Notes under the pieces: generated by a model
Told to the model about the DNA's origin: nothing
Databases searched by the model: none
Seen by the model: the letters and a program-made list of their open reading frames with translations, nothing else
Origin: an uncultured archaeon
Lineage (GTDB): Archaea; Asgardarchaeota; Thorarchaeia; Thorarchaeales; Thorarchaeaceae
Reading direction: 5' to 3'
Length of the DNA stretch: 64,000 bases
NCBI GenBank assembly: GCA_964558645.1
Contig: CAZLEV010000004.1
Coordinates: forward strand, 171,442 to 235,441
Shown: one piece after another, positions 1-9,614 of the stretch
How positions within the stretch are numbered: the first letter of the stretch is position 1
Layout: the number at the start of each line of letters is the position of its first letter
Made by a program: the position numbers and the translations under genes

Positions 1-594
1 CCGTCCCTTGTACTCAGGAGGGATTGCGTGAGCCCCGAGAAAGGTGGAGATGATCTCAGTGGGCAACATCTCGCAGAGAGCCCCTGCAGCTCTGAGCATC
101 TTCAGTTCGTTCTCTGTATCAAGACCGTATCCGCTCTTTGCCTCGATGGTTGTTGTTCCTCGGGCTAACATGCCATCAGCAAACGAGAATGCATTACTTC
201 GAAGCTCGCTGAGTGTTGCAGAACGTGTTGCTCGGAGAGTATTCAGTATCCCTCCTCCCGACTCGAGTATCTCCATGTACGACTTGCCGGCGAGCTTCAT
301 AGCGAAATCATGTTCCCGTGAGCCACCAAAGACAAGGTGGGTATGACTATCTACAAACCCCGGCAGGGCAAACATGTCGGGAAACTCAATGGGTGGAATG
401 GCAGGTTCTTCGTCTACTGCAGAGAGCACACTCGGTGTTGTTCCAGCAGCAATAATCCGGCCCCCCTTGATTGCAACTGCCCCGTTCTCAATCATCGATA
501 GCTCTCTCATCTCGCTCCCTACCTTGGGTGCTTCACTATGCCCTGCAAGAGTCGCTAGTCTACCAATATTAGTCAGTAAGAGATCGGGCTTCAT
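1..594 (-). CDS. hutI: Imidazolonepropionase (amidohydrolase), runs off the window start
   Basis: Manual translation (absent from the ORF track): MKPDLLLTNIGRL...PGFVDSHTHLVFGGSREHDF...GGGILNTLRATR...GTTTIEAKSGYGLD...TFLGAHAIPPEY, all typical HutI motifs. Confidence 0.92.
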   Translation of the reverse strand, partial: MKPDLLLTNIGRLATLAGHSEAPKVGSEMRELSMIENGAVAIKGGRIIAAGTTPSVLSAVDEEPAIPPIEFPDMFALPGFVDSHTHLVFGGSREHDFAMKLAGKSYMEILESGGGILNTLRATRSATLSELRSNAFSFADGMLARGTTTIEAKSGYGLDTENELKMLRAAGALCEMLPTEIISTFLGAHAIPPEYKGR

Positions 595-716
595 ACTCTG
601 TCCTCATATGAGTTCTCAAGACAGGTCCCTGATTTAGGTTGTGTTTGCTTTGGAAAAGCCATAACTAATTAAGCCGGTCGCCGTCGCGTTGAACCAACCA
701 CAGAAAGGGATTGCTG

Positions 717-1298
717 ATGAAGTATCTGATCCTGAGCTGGCAGGATGTATACAATCTCACCTTGCAGCTGTCTGAGAGGGTTGTCGATAGTGGATTCAAG
801 CCAGATGTCATTGTAGGGATAGCACGCGGGGGATGGATACCGGCACGCATTCTGTCAGACGTCCTCTATGTAAGCCCCATGTGGAACGTCCGCATAGAGT
901 ACTACTCTGCCCTTGGAGTCAGCGGAAAGGAGCCAAAGATCACACAACCCTTGTCAGTACCTCTAGAGGATAGCAGCGTCCTGCTGGTTGATGAGGTTGC
1001 TGATACAGGAGACAGTCTAGCACATGCAATAGAACACGTCAAGTCACATGATGTTGCAGAGCTGAAGACAGCCGTACTCCACCTCAAGAGTGGATGCTGT
1101 GTTATGCCAGACTACTACATGCAGCTGGTTGATGCATGGACTGTCTACCCTTGGGAGATGCGAGAATCAATCATTGACCTCGTGAGGGTCTTCAAGAACG
1201 AGAATCCAGAGAGCGAGATGAACGAGATTCGTGACAGGCTTGTGTTCGAAGTAGGTTTCGAGCCTACTGTGGCCGACTACTTCATCAAGCGACTCTAG
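717..1298 (+). CDS. Purine phosphoribosyltransferase (archaeal Gpt/Hpt-like)
   Basis: VGIARGGWIPARILSD and PRPP-binding motif VLLVDEVADTGDSL; W-x-x-YPWE C-terminal motif. Confidence 0.88.
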   Translation: MKYLILSWQDVYNLTLQLSERVVDSGFKPDVIVGIARGGWIPARILSDVLYVSPMWNVRIEYYSALGVSGKEPKITQPLSVPLEDSSVLLVDEVADTGDSLAHAIEHVKSHDVAELKTAVLHLKSGCCVMPDYYMQLVDAWTVYPWEMRESIIDLVRVFKNENPESEMNEIRDRLVFEVGFEPTVADYFIKRL

Positions 1299-1315
1299 CA
1301 GAATCCCAAGGTGAA

Positions 1316-1903
1316 ATGAGCATGAGGATTGAAGATCTCACGAGCAACACAGACGAGGTGTTCGCCGGCATAGCAGAATTGCAGAATGAGAACCACCTAG
1401 CTCCAGATGACCTCATCAAGATTGCGATAGAGATGGCAAAGGATGCACTCGCCATACAGTTTCTCAACCCTCACCACATTGCAGGCGAGCTGCACCTTCT
1501 TGCCGCTGCCCAGAATGCATGGAATGCTTGGTCTGGAAGCTATTCAATTGCTCGATCCCTTGATGTGGAGATCATACTCTACGCTTCTGCACAGAGACAG
1601 ATCAAGAATGCATTCTCAGCCTTGGGACTTGAGGTAGGGCTCGGCAGTGTGGCAGTAGTCGTTATCGCAGAGAGTGAAGACTCGGTGAAGGATGTTTTGA
1701 GGAGAATGGAGCAGAGGGTGGGAGCAAGTCTTGATGAGCCATTCATCGCGGATCGAGAACGTCTGGAAAGAATTCAGCTGTTCTTTGACATCCCAGACAT
1801 TGAATTAGATGCAATATCCGAGTCGAGGGCGCTGGAGGACAGATGGGAGGCGCTCGTACGATGTGTGGTGAGCCGCGTCTCGCTCGTTGCAACCGAAGCG
1901 TGA
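1316..1903 (+). CDS. cgi121: KEOPS complex subunit Cgi121
   Basis: IARSLDVEIILYASAQRQIKNAFSALG matches the Cgi121 core motif. Confidence 0.85.
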   Translation: MSMRIEDLTSNTDEVFAGIAELQNENHLAPDDLIKIAIEMAKDALAIQFLNPHHIAGELHLLAAAQNAWNAWSGSYSIARSLDVEIILYASAQRQIKNAFSALGLEVGLGSVAVVVIAESEDSVKDVLRRMEQRVGASLDEPFIADRERLERIQLFFDIPDIELDAISESRALEDRWEALVRCVVSRVSLVATEA

Positions 1904-1908
1904 AGTCC

Positions 1909-2457
1909 TTACTCGGTATCATCGATTAGCTGCTTGATGGAGAGAATATCGTCCTCTGACTGAAGAATCGAAAGCCCCGTCCATTTTCCCACAACCTCAA
2001 TCCAGATGATCTTATCAGGTTGTTCAAGGTCAACAGGACTGGACACAAGCTCAGCAACGGCATCGATGATATCCATGGTGTCAAGTTCTGTATATCTGCT
2101 CCGCACAGTCACTCTGAACTTCTCTTCAGGCCCGATTCTACCTACAAGCGTTTCTGCTGCATCAACAATCTCAGAGATTTCCGATTTCACACAACGTTCG
2201 ATAGGCGTGAACTTGATTGCATATCTGAACTGGTATGGGTTCTCTTCAGCCAGTTCCTTCAGTTGTTCAACAACCTTGAAAGGATCCTTAGACGTCTTCA
2301 CAGCCAATAGACCAGAAATCGGAGTGATATTTGTGTCAAGATTGTCATCGCCGATAAGGTCCCCGATGAAATAGACAACCTCTGAGCGAGCAGCACTCTC
2401 TCGGTCGCGTGGCGTACTTACGATTAGATTCCAGTCGTGCAGTCGGTGTTCCCTCAC
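1909..2457 (-). CDS. THUMP-domain RNA-binding protein (Tan1-like)
   Basis: FRVTVRSR...PVDLEQPDKIIWIEVVG THUMP signature. Confidence 0.85.
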   Translation of the reverse strand: MREHRLHDWNLIVSTPRDRESAARSEVVYFIGDLIGDDNLDTNITPISGLLAVKTSKDPFKVVEQLKELAEENPYQFRYAIKFTPIERCVKSEISEIVDAAETLVGRIGPEEKFRVTVRSRYTELDTMDIIDAVAELVSSPVDLEQPDKIIWIEVVGKWTGLSILQSEDDILSIKQLIDDTE

Positions 2458-3185
2458 TTATCAGCATACACTATTCTGCTCGTCCAAAACTCAAGTGCAC
2501 CCTCGGAAACTCTGAGGCTCTCGGTCAGACGTTCCATGGAGATTTCACCCTCACGGTAGACTTTGATATTTGCCGGGGTCCCTGATTCAACCATAACGAT
2601 TGTTGAACTTTTCGATGCCTCAGAGGGCCCAGCATCGATGTACAGGTCCACTTCATCACCAAGTTGTTCTTGTGCAATGGAAACACTGAATGGGGTCTGG
2701 CCTCCGTGACGGTTTGCACTTGTACCAACTATCGGACCTTCAATCTTAGCCGCGATGCCGCGAGGGATTATATGATCCGGTACACGAATAGCAATCGAGT
2801 CCCGTCGTCCTGTGACATTGGGTGATACATCCGGTTTGGCATCAACAACGAGAGTGAGTGCTCCGGGCCAGAAGAGCTTGGCAAGAATGCTCTCAAGGTC
2901 ACTGAAATCGTGATACAACTCGCACTGAGAATAGTCAGAAAAGAGGAGCGGAAGGCCTAGGTCAGGATCCCGTCGCTTTACCTGAAGTAGCCGGTCCACA
3001 GCGGTTTCAATCCTCGGGTCACAGGCAATCCCGTAGCTGGTGTCCGTTGGGTAGACAATCACCCCACCAGAGAGCAAGATGTCTGCAGCCCTGCTAACGA
3101 TGTCTTCTGGTGATGCATCCGTTCGATATTCAAGAGTTTCCGCAGTCAATTGGCCACTCCCATCTATCCAGCAACAAACACCCAT
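2454..3185 (-). CDS. sua5: L-threonylcarbamoyladenylate synthase (Sua5/YrdC/TsaC), no C-terminal SUA5 domain; true start may be TTG at 3149
   Basis: VYPTDTSYGIAC, KRR, FWPGALTLV, IAIRVPDH, GTSANRHG, SSTIV motifs. Confidence 0.92.
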   Translation of the reverse strand: MGVCCWIDGSGQLTAETLEYRTDASPEDIVSRAADILLSGGVIVYPTDTSYGIACDPRIETAVDRLLQVKRRDPDLGLPLLFSDYSQCELYHDFSDLESILAKLFWPGALTLVVDAKPDVSPNVTGRRDSIAIRVPDHIIPRGIAAKIEGPIVGTSANRHGGQTPFSVSIAQEQLGDEVDLYIDAGPSEASKSSTIVMVESGTPANIKVYREGEISMERLTESLRVSEGALEFWTSRIVYADK

Positions 3186-3265
3186 ATGGGCGTTACGCTT
3201 TGCCCGATGAGTGATTGCCTACGCCAAAAATAGATATGCCTCTCGCCTTACTTGTAGAGTGAGGG

Positions 3266-4291
3266 ATGAACATCTACGCCATAGTTCTGGCTGCAGGAAA
3301 AGGAGACCGTCTTCTCCCGTTAACAGCAGAATATCACAAATCACTCTTCCCGGTTCTAGGAGAGAGCATTCTGCACAGGCTCCTCTCCGCCCTCATCCGC
3401 TCCGGAATTGAAGACATCACAGTCGGAGTTGGATGGCTTGCTGAACAGATTGAAACCCATCTCAAGGACTTTAGGTTTGAGAAGAAAATACATGTGGCAC
3501 ACGTAGAGAACTACGAGATCGGCCCCTTGAGAACTTTCGCTACTACTCTCCAGAGATGTTCTGCTTCAAGGCTTCTTGTATGCCCCGGGGACCTGCTAGC
3601 TGATGCAGAAGTCATCACGAGCTTCTTGGAGAGTGAGAAAAAGGCGAGAGCGCTAGTTAACATTGCAATTGATACTGCAGCCAGTAGGGGAACCAAGATC
3701 TATGGTGATGACGATGGAAAGGTGGTGAGTTTCACATCAAGTGATGCAGGGAGATACTTGGGCCGTTCTGCTATGCTCCTAGGCGTAGACATGGAGTTCC
3801 TTGATTATGTACTCGACTGTCTTCAGAGAGGGCACACCACTGTGGTTCATGCAATCGAACACGCAATTTCTCAGGGAGAGGAGGTCCAAGGTGTTCCCAT
3901 ACAGGGCGATTGGTTTGATATCGACGGGCCCACACCGTTGCTGAGATGCATGAAGCATCTGCTTGATATCACGAAGACTGCTGAGAGGGCAGACATATTC
4001 CTGACACGTGGCGATGTATTCGAAGTGGGGCAACACATAGAGTTTCCATCGGGCACCGTTATCGAGAAGGATGTTACTCTCAAAGGTCCGCTATATATTG
4101 GCAAGAGGTGTCATATATCCACAGGCTCACGCATCGGCCCATATGTTGACCTTGAAGACGATACTAGACTGGGCTCTGACGTCAGACTGACAGAGTGCCT
4201 TGCCTTCAACAATGCAGATGTTGGTGACGGCACTCATCGAGAGCAAGCAATAATATGTGGAAAGGAAGCAATCAGAGATAGGGGAAACTGA
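3266..4291 (+). CDS. Sugar-phosphate nucleotidyltransferase with C-terminal left-handed beta-helix
   Basis: AIVLAAGKGDRLLPLT...K motif, WFDID, hexapeptide repeats (IEKDVTLKGPLYIGKRCHISTGSRIGPY). Confidence 0.85.
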   Translation: MNIYAIVLAAGKGDRLLPLTAEYHKSLFPVLGESILHRLLSALIRSGIEDITVGVGWLAEQIETHLKDFRFEKKIHVAHVENYEIGPLRTFATTLQRCSASRLLVCPGDLLADAEVITSFLESEKKARALVNIAIDTAASRGTKIYGDDDGKVVSFTSSDAGRYLGRSAMLLGVDMEFLDYVLDCLQRGHTTVVHAIEHAISQGEEVQGVPIQGDWFDIDGPTPLLRCMKHLLDITKTAERADIFLTRGDVFEVGQHIEFPSGTVIEKDVTLKGPLYIGKRCHISTGSRIGPYVDLEDDTRLGSDVRLTECLAFNNADVGDGTHREQAIICGKEAIRDRGN

Positions 4292-4905
4292 TGTCGCCCA
4301 GCAGGTTCAGACTGAGAAGAGTATTCAAGCGGCCAATAGCAAGACTGGCGGCCCCAATGGCAGCAAGGGGAGTCAAACCGAACACCGTGACCTATCTCTC
4401 ACTCCTGATTGCTATCCTATCATTTCTCCTTCTGCACCTCCTTAAATCAGAACCTCTCTACGGAATTGCTATATTCATCATGGGAGTGTTAGACGGTCTC
4501 GACGGCGCCATAGCTCGTCTATCAGGTAAGAGTTCAGATGTAGGTGCCTTTCTTGACTCGGTCATCGACAAGGTCTCCGAGGGAGTCATCCTCCTTGCTG
4601 TTGCATTCCATCTTGAGGGCCAGACAATGCTTGACCTGCGGGCGGAAGTCTGGGTTGCCCTCTGCATCTTAGGTTGGCTCCTCACCAGCTATACTAGGGC
4701 AAGAGCGGACAATCTTCGTGTCGCAGACCTAGATGTGGGACTTGGAGCAAGGTCTGAACGCATCTTCACTCTCTTTCTGTTCAGTCTGGTGTCTTGGCTC
4801 AGATGGGGCATAGTTCTTGTGGCGATGATGGGGCTTCTTACAGCGGGTTACCGCTACTATCACTACACAAGAGAGATCGAAGAACGTGAGAAACAGAGGG
4901 AATAA
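4291..4905 (+). CDS. CDP-alcohol phosphatidyltransferase (archaetidylinositol-phosphate synthase-like)
   Basis: DGLDGAIAR...GAFLDSVIDK signature, PNTVT, SYTRARA, RSER; hydrophobic helices; start overlaps upstream stop. Confidence 0.9.
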   Translation: MSPSRFRLRRVFKRPIARLAAPMAARGVKPNTVTYLSLLIAILSFLLLHLLKSEPLYGIAIFIMGVLDGLDGAIARLSGKSSDVGAFLDSVIDKVSEGVILLAVAFHLEGQTMLDLRAEVWVALCILGWLLTSYTRARADNLRVADLDVGLGARSERIFTLFLFSLVSWLRWGIVLVAMMGLLTAGYRYYHYTREIEEREKQRE

Positions 4906-4981
4906 AGAGAGGGAAACACCATCATACTTAAGAGCAGCCCGAGCTAGGCCGCTCAAGAGCAATTTCGGGAGAACCGAGACT

Positions 4982-5404
4982 ATGGCCATATTCAGGGCAG
5001 ATCACTATCTTATTGCAGAATTTGATAATATCCAAGACGCAAGGGCAGACGGCGAGAAAATCCTCAAGGCCCTCAAGGAACTAGATGCATTGAAAGACCT
5101 AGCAATTGTGTCGAAGCGCATGGAAGGAAAGCAGTGGTCGGAGATTGTCGGGCGTATAGACATCCCGGAGGGCTCTAAGGCTTTCTGGGCCATGATCAAG
5201 AAAGAGGTCAATGATAGAGAGCCCTATAATCTCTTCATCCGAATTGATGTGAATGCAGAGGCGAATGACATCGAAGAGGCTCGTGAAAAGGTCAGCAAAT
5301 GGGTCGAGAGGGAGTGGGTTCCCAAGATTGAGGATAACATCTCCGTTAAGACCATCAAAGTTCTCAGACCCGAAGAGATCTACATGCCCAAACTGGACAA
5401 CTAG
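4982..5404 (+). CDS. Hypothetical protein
   Basis: Clean 140-aa ORF with protein-like composition; ATG at 4982 avoids overlap with upstream gene; no family recognised. Confidence 0.7.
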   Translation: MAIFRADHYLIAEFDNIQDARADGEKILKALKELDALKDLAIVSKRMEGKQWSEIVGRIDIPEGSKAFWAMIKKEVNDREPYNLFIRIDVNAEANDIEEAREKVSKWVEREWVPKIEDNISVKTIKVLRPEEIYMPKLDN

Positions 5405-5509
5405 CTGGTCAGTGTGGTAGGCATCTCAGTGATACTCAGACGTGGTCAGACTACTACTCAAGAGGCGGAAAGAAGCTGTACGAATCTACGCCGTGCAAGA
5501 CTGTATAGT

Positions 5510-6523
5510 CTATGATGAAAGATTCACAGCAATGATATGCAAGTTGTTTCCAACAGCCTGTACAATCTCCATCTTCTTGTCACCGTTCAAATCACCAAAT
5601 GCAATGAGGGATTCAACAGCAGACTTCTCCGTCTTCAGAGCAGTATTAGGAACCAATTGGCGACCGTCGAGACTCAAGAGGCCAATACTCGAGTCCGCAT
5701 GAGTGACAAGTATTTGGCCGGGGGAAGAAGTATCATCGCTCACATGACCCATCTTTATTCCTGTCACGGGACTGGGACCTCTGAGGTTGTCAAACTGCTC
5801 AATCCGTCCCTGAACAATCCCATAGAGAGTGAGGTTATTCTCGCATATAGTTACTATTTCATCATAACGGTCGCCGCTCACGCTCCCAGCACAGACAAGA
5901 CTCACCTTGCCTTTCGTTCCTGTTCGAATGGACTCATGAAGACGATCATCAGCGTATCTGTAGATGTAGAGCTGTTCACTATCATCGCCAAAGACGATTC
6001 GCGAATACGGAACACCTTTGCCACCTAGCTGACGAATGGAGAACACGGGATAATCGATGACTTTGTGAGCGAGCTTGTCTAGAGCCGAGTCGTACCAGCC
6101 AAAACAGCGTAGTGCCTTATCATTGGTTGATACAATGACCTCTGCATTGTTGCTCCCCATGACATTTGTAGCGCAGAGTGCAGTCGGAAGTGTACCGAGG
6201 GGGCTGCATGCCACTTCGTTCAGGCAACCATCGTCATAGTGGATTATCCTAAGGGTGTTGTCTAGGCCTCCGACAACAACATCTGGAATGCCATCCCCTG
6301 TGACATCACCTACGTCCATTGAGGACACAGGGGGGATATTCTCTATGCGGCATTCTTCCGTTAAGGAGGAAAAGGACTCGGATGATAGCTGCATCACTCT
6401 GACATCACCGTTCATGGTTGTGACAACGAGACTGTCAACCCCTTCATTCGTGAGGTCGACGAAATCAACTGAGGTGATGGCTTCCTTGAATGGAATGTCA
6501 GCAACCACTTCGAGCTCAGTCAT
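5510..6523 (-). CDS. FG-GAP/VCBS-type repeat beta-propeller protein, no signal peptide
   Basis: Repeated ~45-aa blades with DxxxDGxxD-like loops (DLTNEGVDS, DVTGDGIPDVVVG, NVMGSNNAEVIV, SVSGDRYDEIV, DLNGDKKMEIV). Confidence 0.8.
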   Translation of the reverse strand: MTELEVVADIPFKEAITSVDFVDLTNEGVDSLVVTTMNGDVRVMQLSSESFSSLTEECRIENIPPVSSMDVGDVTGDGIPDVVVGGLDNTLRIIHYDDGCLNEVACSPLGTLPTALCATNVMGSNNAEVIVSTNDKALRCFGWYDSALDKLAHKVIDYPVFSIRQLGGKGVPYSRIVFGDDSEQLYIYRYADDRLHESIRTGTKGKVSLVCAGSVSGDRYDEIVTICENNLTLYGIVQGRIEQFDNLRGPSPVTGIKMGHVSDDTSSPGQILVTHADSSIGLLSLDGRQLVPNTALKTEKSAVESLIAFGDLNGDKKMEIVQAVGNNLHIIAVNLSS

Positions 6524-6680
6524 AAGAGAGAAACCTCATGTCGGACAGAAGTCCCTTGCAGTGAGTGATTGCGAGAACAATTTAAGAGTTATTCCAATAT
6601 GGTGGAGAACCAAGAGTGCCATCACTCTGTGAATAGAGACGCGCTTAAGTTTCGCCCGTATGACATAGAGGAGACAATAG

Positions 6681-7226
6681 ATGACCTCACCGGATGACGA
6701 ATCGATGCTCAATCGGGACTATTGGAATGTTACTCCCGATGAACTGGCTGAGGAGATTAGAGCATTCACTAGCGAGTTCGGTTCATTTTCCCCAGAATGG
6801 TTTGTCGAGGTCAAGTTCCATCTCCTCAAGAGCCACGGGCTAGTGAAGGAAACCAGAAACGAGCTCTGTAGTGTTGCAATTGACAGAGGACTGTGTCCAC
6901 ACTGTGATCACCTTTACATCGCCAAGAAATGTCTTCTATGGTACGACCTCTACAAGCTGGTGAGCTGGAATATTGTCAGAAGGGCTCCCCCCTGCATTCG
7001 CATAGCTCTTACGAGAAAGAACATCAAGACCGTTGTCAACTTCCTCACGAATGCCAATCTGCTCGACCCCCCGTACTATACATCGAGGGGAGCTCCGACC
7101 TGTGCGAGTATGGAGCGGTGGGGCCTCTGCAGTCCTGATGAGTACTGCAAAGCTATGGAGTCAGGACGAACGCTGGAATATGTCAAAGTGAGAGAGAGAA
7201 TGAAACGCTCCAGGCCAACCAGATGA
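6681..7226 (+). CDS. Small Cys-rich protein resembling the Fe-S C-terminal domain of primase large subunit PriL
   Basis: APPCI...Y...APTCASMERWGLCSPDEYC resembles the PriL PPC...Y.PP.C..M...GLC...C pattern. Confidence 0.6.
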   Translation: MTSPDDESMLNRDYWNVTPDELAEEIRAFTSEFGSFSPEWFVEVKFHLLKSHGLVKETRNELCSVAIDRGLCPHCDHLYIAKKCLLWYDLYKLVSWNIVRRAPPCIRIALTRKNIKTVVNFLTNANLLDPPYYTSRGAPTCASMERWGLCSPDEYCKAMESGRTLEYVKVRERMKRSRPTR

Positions 7227-7436
7227 GCATTGATGTCTTGTGACTCCTTAAATATCGGTTTCACCTTTCGCAGTGTTGAGTCGTGACCAATGCTCCCCAG
7301 AAGGACCCACCAAGGTACACCGGAGCCCGGTGAAACGAAAGAGGCTGCACTCGGAGACCTCGATATTGAAACCGTGAATCTGATCAGGAAGACTGGCATA
7401 AGGGAGAACAGCATTGCAGGGGGAGGGCGCGATGGG

Positions 7437-8849
7437 ATGAATCAGCGGATTCTCAGGATGATAGCCGAGCATGAGAGAGTTCTGTCTCTCAGTGAGAAAC
7501 ACACCCGTCAGAAAGCAGTCCAAGACCCCGTTCATGGTGCCATACTCCTGGAACCATGGGAGCTCGATGTCGTCTCTACATGGGCCATGTTACGACTCCG
7601 CTATGTCATGCAACTTGGTCCTGCGCACTTGGTATACCCAGGTGCAACCCATACGCGCTTCCAACACTGTCTCGGAACTAACTTTCTTGCTCAGAAGTGC
7701 ATTCGAGTTGTCAACTATTGTGAGGAGATTGAGACTGCCTGCTTCAGGCCCCTATCAGATCTATTGAGTGACTATCAGCAGAAGATATTCAGAGCTGTGG
7801 CGATGCTACATGATGTTGGACACCCACCGACCTCGCACACAATAGAGTTTGCACTAAATTGCTGGGCAGGAATCTCGCACGTTGACCTAGGCGAGTACCT
7901 CATTCTGAACAGCGAACTCACCGACACTCTTGAACAGAATGACATACAGCCACAGGATGTCGTTTCAGTGCTGAGAGGGAGAACCAAAGACCCAATCCTC
8001 GAGCTGCTGTCCGACTTCGTGGACTCTCCACTTGACATTGACAAGACAGACTACCTTATTCGAGACGCACACTTCAGTGGTGTGCAGCTTGGGCTCTTTC
8101 CAGCGGAGCGCGTGCTTCTGACGAATCGTGTCGTCAAGAACAACGAAGGAAAATACATCAGAGCGTTCATGTTGAAAGCATTGCACTCGCTTGAGGCTCT
8201 CATCCTGTCACGGAACTGGATGTTCTCAGACCTCTATCTCCATCACGCGGTGAGAGTGGCAGAGGCTCTGACCAGTAAGGCGACCTACTTCAGGATAAAA
8301 GAGCTTGACCTCTCAAAGAACGAGATTGTGGGCCTCTTCACTCGCATGACAGATGGTGACCTCTATAGATGGCTTGAGGACGCACAGACTGATTTCGTCA
8401 GGGAGTATGCACTCAGAATCAGACTTCGCAGATTGCTCAAGGTAGTCCTGACAAGACCGCTGTCGTCATTTGATCCCTCCATACGCTCGAAGTTCATTCA
8501 GATGCTGCATGATATCGACCTGCTGACTAAGACAGAAGAGGAACTCGGAGATGATGTGGGCAGTGTGATTCTAGATGTCGTTGACCCAGAACTTGGAGAG
8601 CAAACACTCGGGAAGATTCCACTCCTGGTGGGCGGTGAGAGCACTGGCATGGACATTGTGAGCATCGAAAATGCCGATCAGGGCAGACCCATCATGCATG
8701 CCCTTCGTCAGCAAAAGAGAATACTTCCCACTGTCAGGGTCTACGCCGATCCGAGAGTTGCCCGAGGAGTGAGAAAGCAGTTCGAGAAGTTATTCCCTTC
8801 GCGCGAAGACGGTCATGTCGAGGATGAATACGATATGACGGATGTTTGA
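7437..8849 (+). CDS. HD-domain phosphohydrolase, SAMHD1/dNTPase family
   Basis: DPVHG, RLRYVMQLG...VYPGATHTRFQHCLG, LHDVGHPPTSH, DIDKTDYLIRD, LYLHH; ORF is open from 7290 but ATG 7437 is more plausible. Confidence 0.9.
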   Translation: MNQRILRMIAEHERVLSLSEKHTRQKAVQDPVHGAILLEPWELDVVSTWAMLRLRYVMQLGPAHLVYPGATHTRFQHCLGTNFLAQKCIRVVNYCEEIETACFRPLSDLLSDYQQKIFRAVAMLHDVGHPPTSHTIEFALNCWAGISHVDLGEYLILNSELTDTLEQNDIQPQDVVSVLRGRTKDPILELLSDFVDSPLDIDKTDYLIRDAHFSGVQLGLFPAERVLLTNRVVKNNEGKYIRAFMLKALHSLEALILSRNWMFSDLYLHHAVRVAEALTSKATYFRIKELDLSKNEIVGLFTRMTDGDLYRWLEDAQTDFVREYALRIRLRRLLKVVLTRPLSSFDPSIRSKFIQMLHDIDLLTKTEEELGDDVGSVILDVVDPELGEQTLGKIPLLVGGESTGMDIVSIENADQGRPIMHALRQQKRILPTVRVYADPRVARGVRKQFEKLFPSREDGHVEDEYDMTDV

Positions 8850-8930
8850 GATGCTCTGCTTGAGGTGGTGGTCAATCCAGCCGGGCAAGGGCGGTCTTTC
8901 AAGGGGTGATTTAGAATCGCTGCTTAGAGA

Positions 8931-9614
8931 TCAGAGTAGATTCAGAAGATGAACGGCCTTTTCCTTCACAGACGAGAATCCATATCGAACATAGACTATG
9001 CCATAGATTGCTTCTACAAGTGTTCCTTTGATGTGTTGCATCTCCGACTTGGTCTCTGCGTGAGGATCGAAATGAATACGATAGCTGTATAGATTCCAAT
9101 GATCGCAGAGCGTTGCCATGTTCTCGTTACTGACAACTGCCGCTCTCCTCTGAGTGAGCAAGCCAACCTCCTTCACGCTCGGACGCCACAGATGGTCCAA
9201 GACTGCCATCGAGATGGCAGCATCTCCTAGCAATGCGAGCACTTTGGCCATCTCCGGAACCATGCAAAGCTCCTCTAGACTCTCCAAGTCAACTGTGGAG
9301 GTTTCGTCTCTCACAAAGTGAGCCTCGATTTCAAGGAACAAGTTCTTGGTACTGGGCTGGAACATCACAATCTTGAGAAGCTCATCCTCTGTGAACTTGA
9401 CATTCAATGTCTGTTCCAGAGTGCTTCCTAGTTCAAGCTCTATCTTTTCCATCATCTGAAGGATGTGCACTAATTGACTCTCCCAGCGGTCCAGTTTGTC
9501 GAGAGTGCGTGTGTTCAGCCGGGGAGTAAGATTCCGAGTATGACGAACCGTTTCAACAAGACCTGCAACCTTCGCCTGTAAGTCAATCGCAGACCACGCA
9601 GGGCTCTCTTTCAC
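8931..9614 (-). CDS. Ribonuclease III catalytic-domain protein lacking dsRBD (Mini-III-like active site)
   Basis: LEQTLNVKFTEDELL, LALLGDAAI, GLLTQRRAAVVSNENMA, GTLVEAIYGIVYVRYG align with RNase III motifs. Confidence 0.82.
   Translation of the reverse strand: MKESPAWSAIDLQAKVAGLVETVRHTRNLTPRLNTRTLDKLDRWESQLVHILQMMEKIELELGSTLEQTLNVKFTEDELLKIVMFQPSTKNLFLEIEAHFVRDETSTVDLESLEELCMVPEMAKVLALLGDAAISMAVLDHLWRPSVKEVGLLTQRRAAVVSNENMATLCDHWNLYSYRIHFDPHAETKSEMQHIKGTLVEAIYGIVYVRYGFSSVKEKAVHLLNLL

Noticed and set aside
44-637. Plus-strand ORFs 44..346 and 374..637
   Set aside because: Antisense shadows of hutI; the same applies to most short overlapping ORFs in the track
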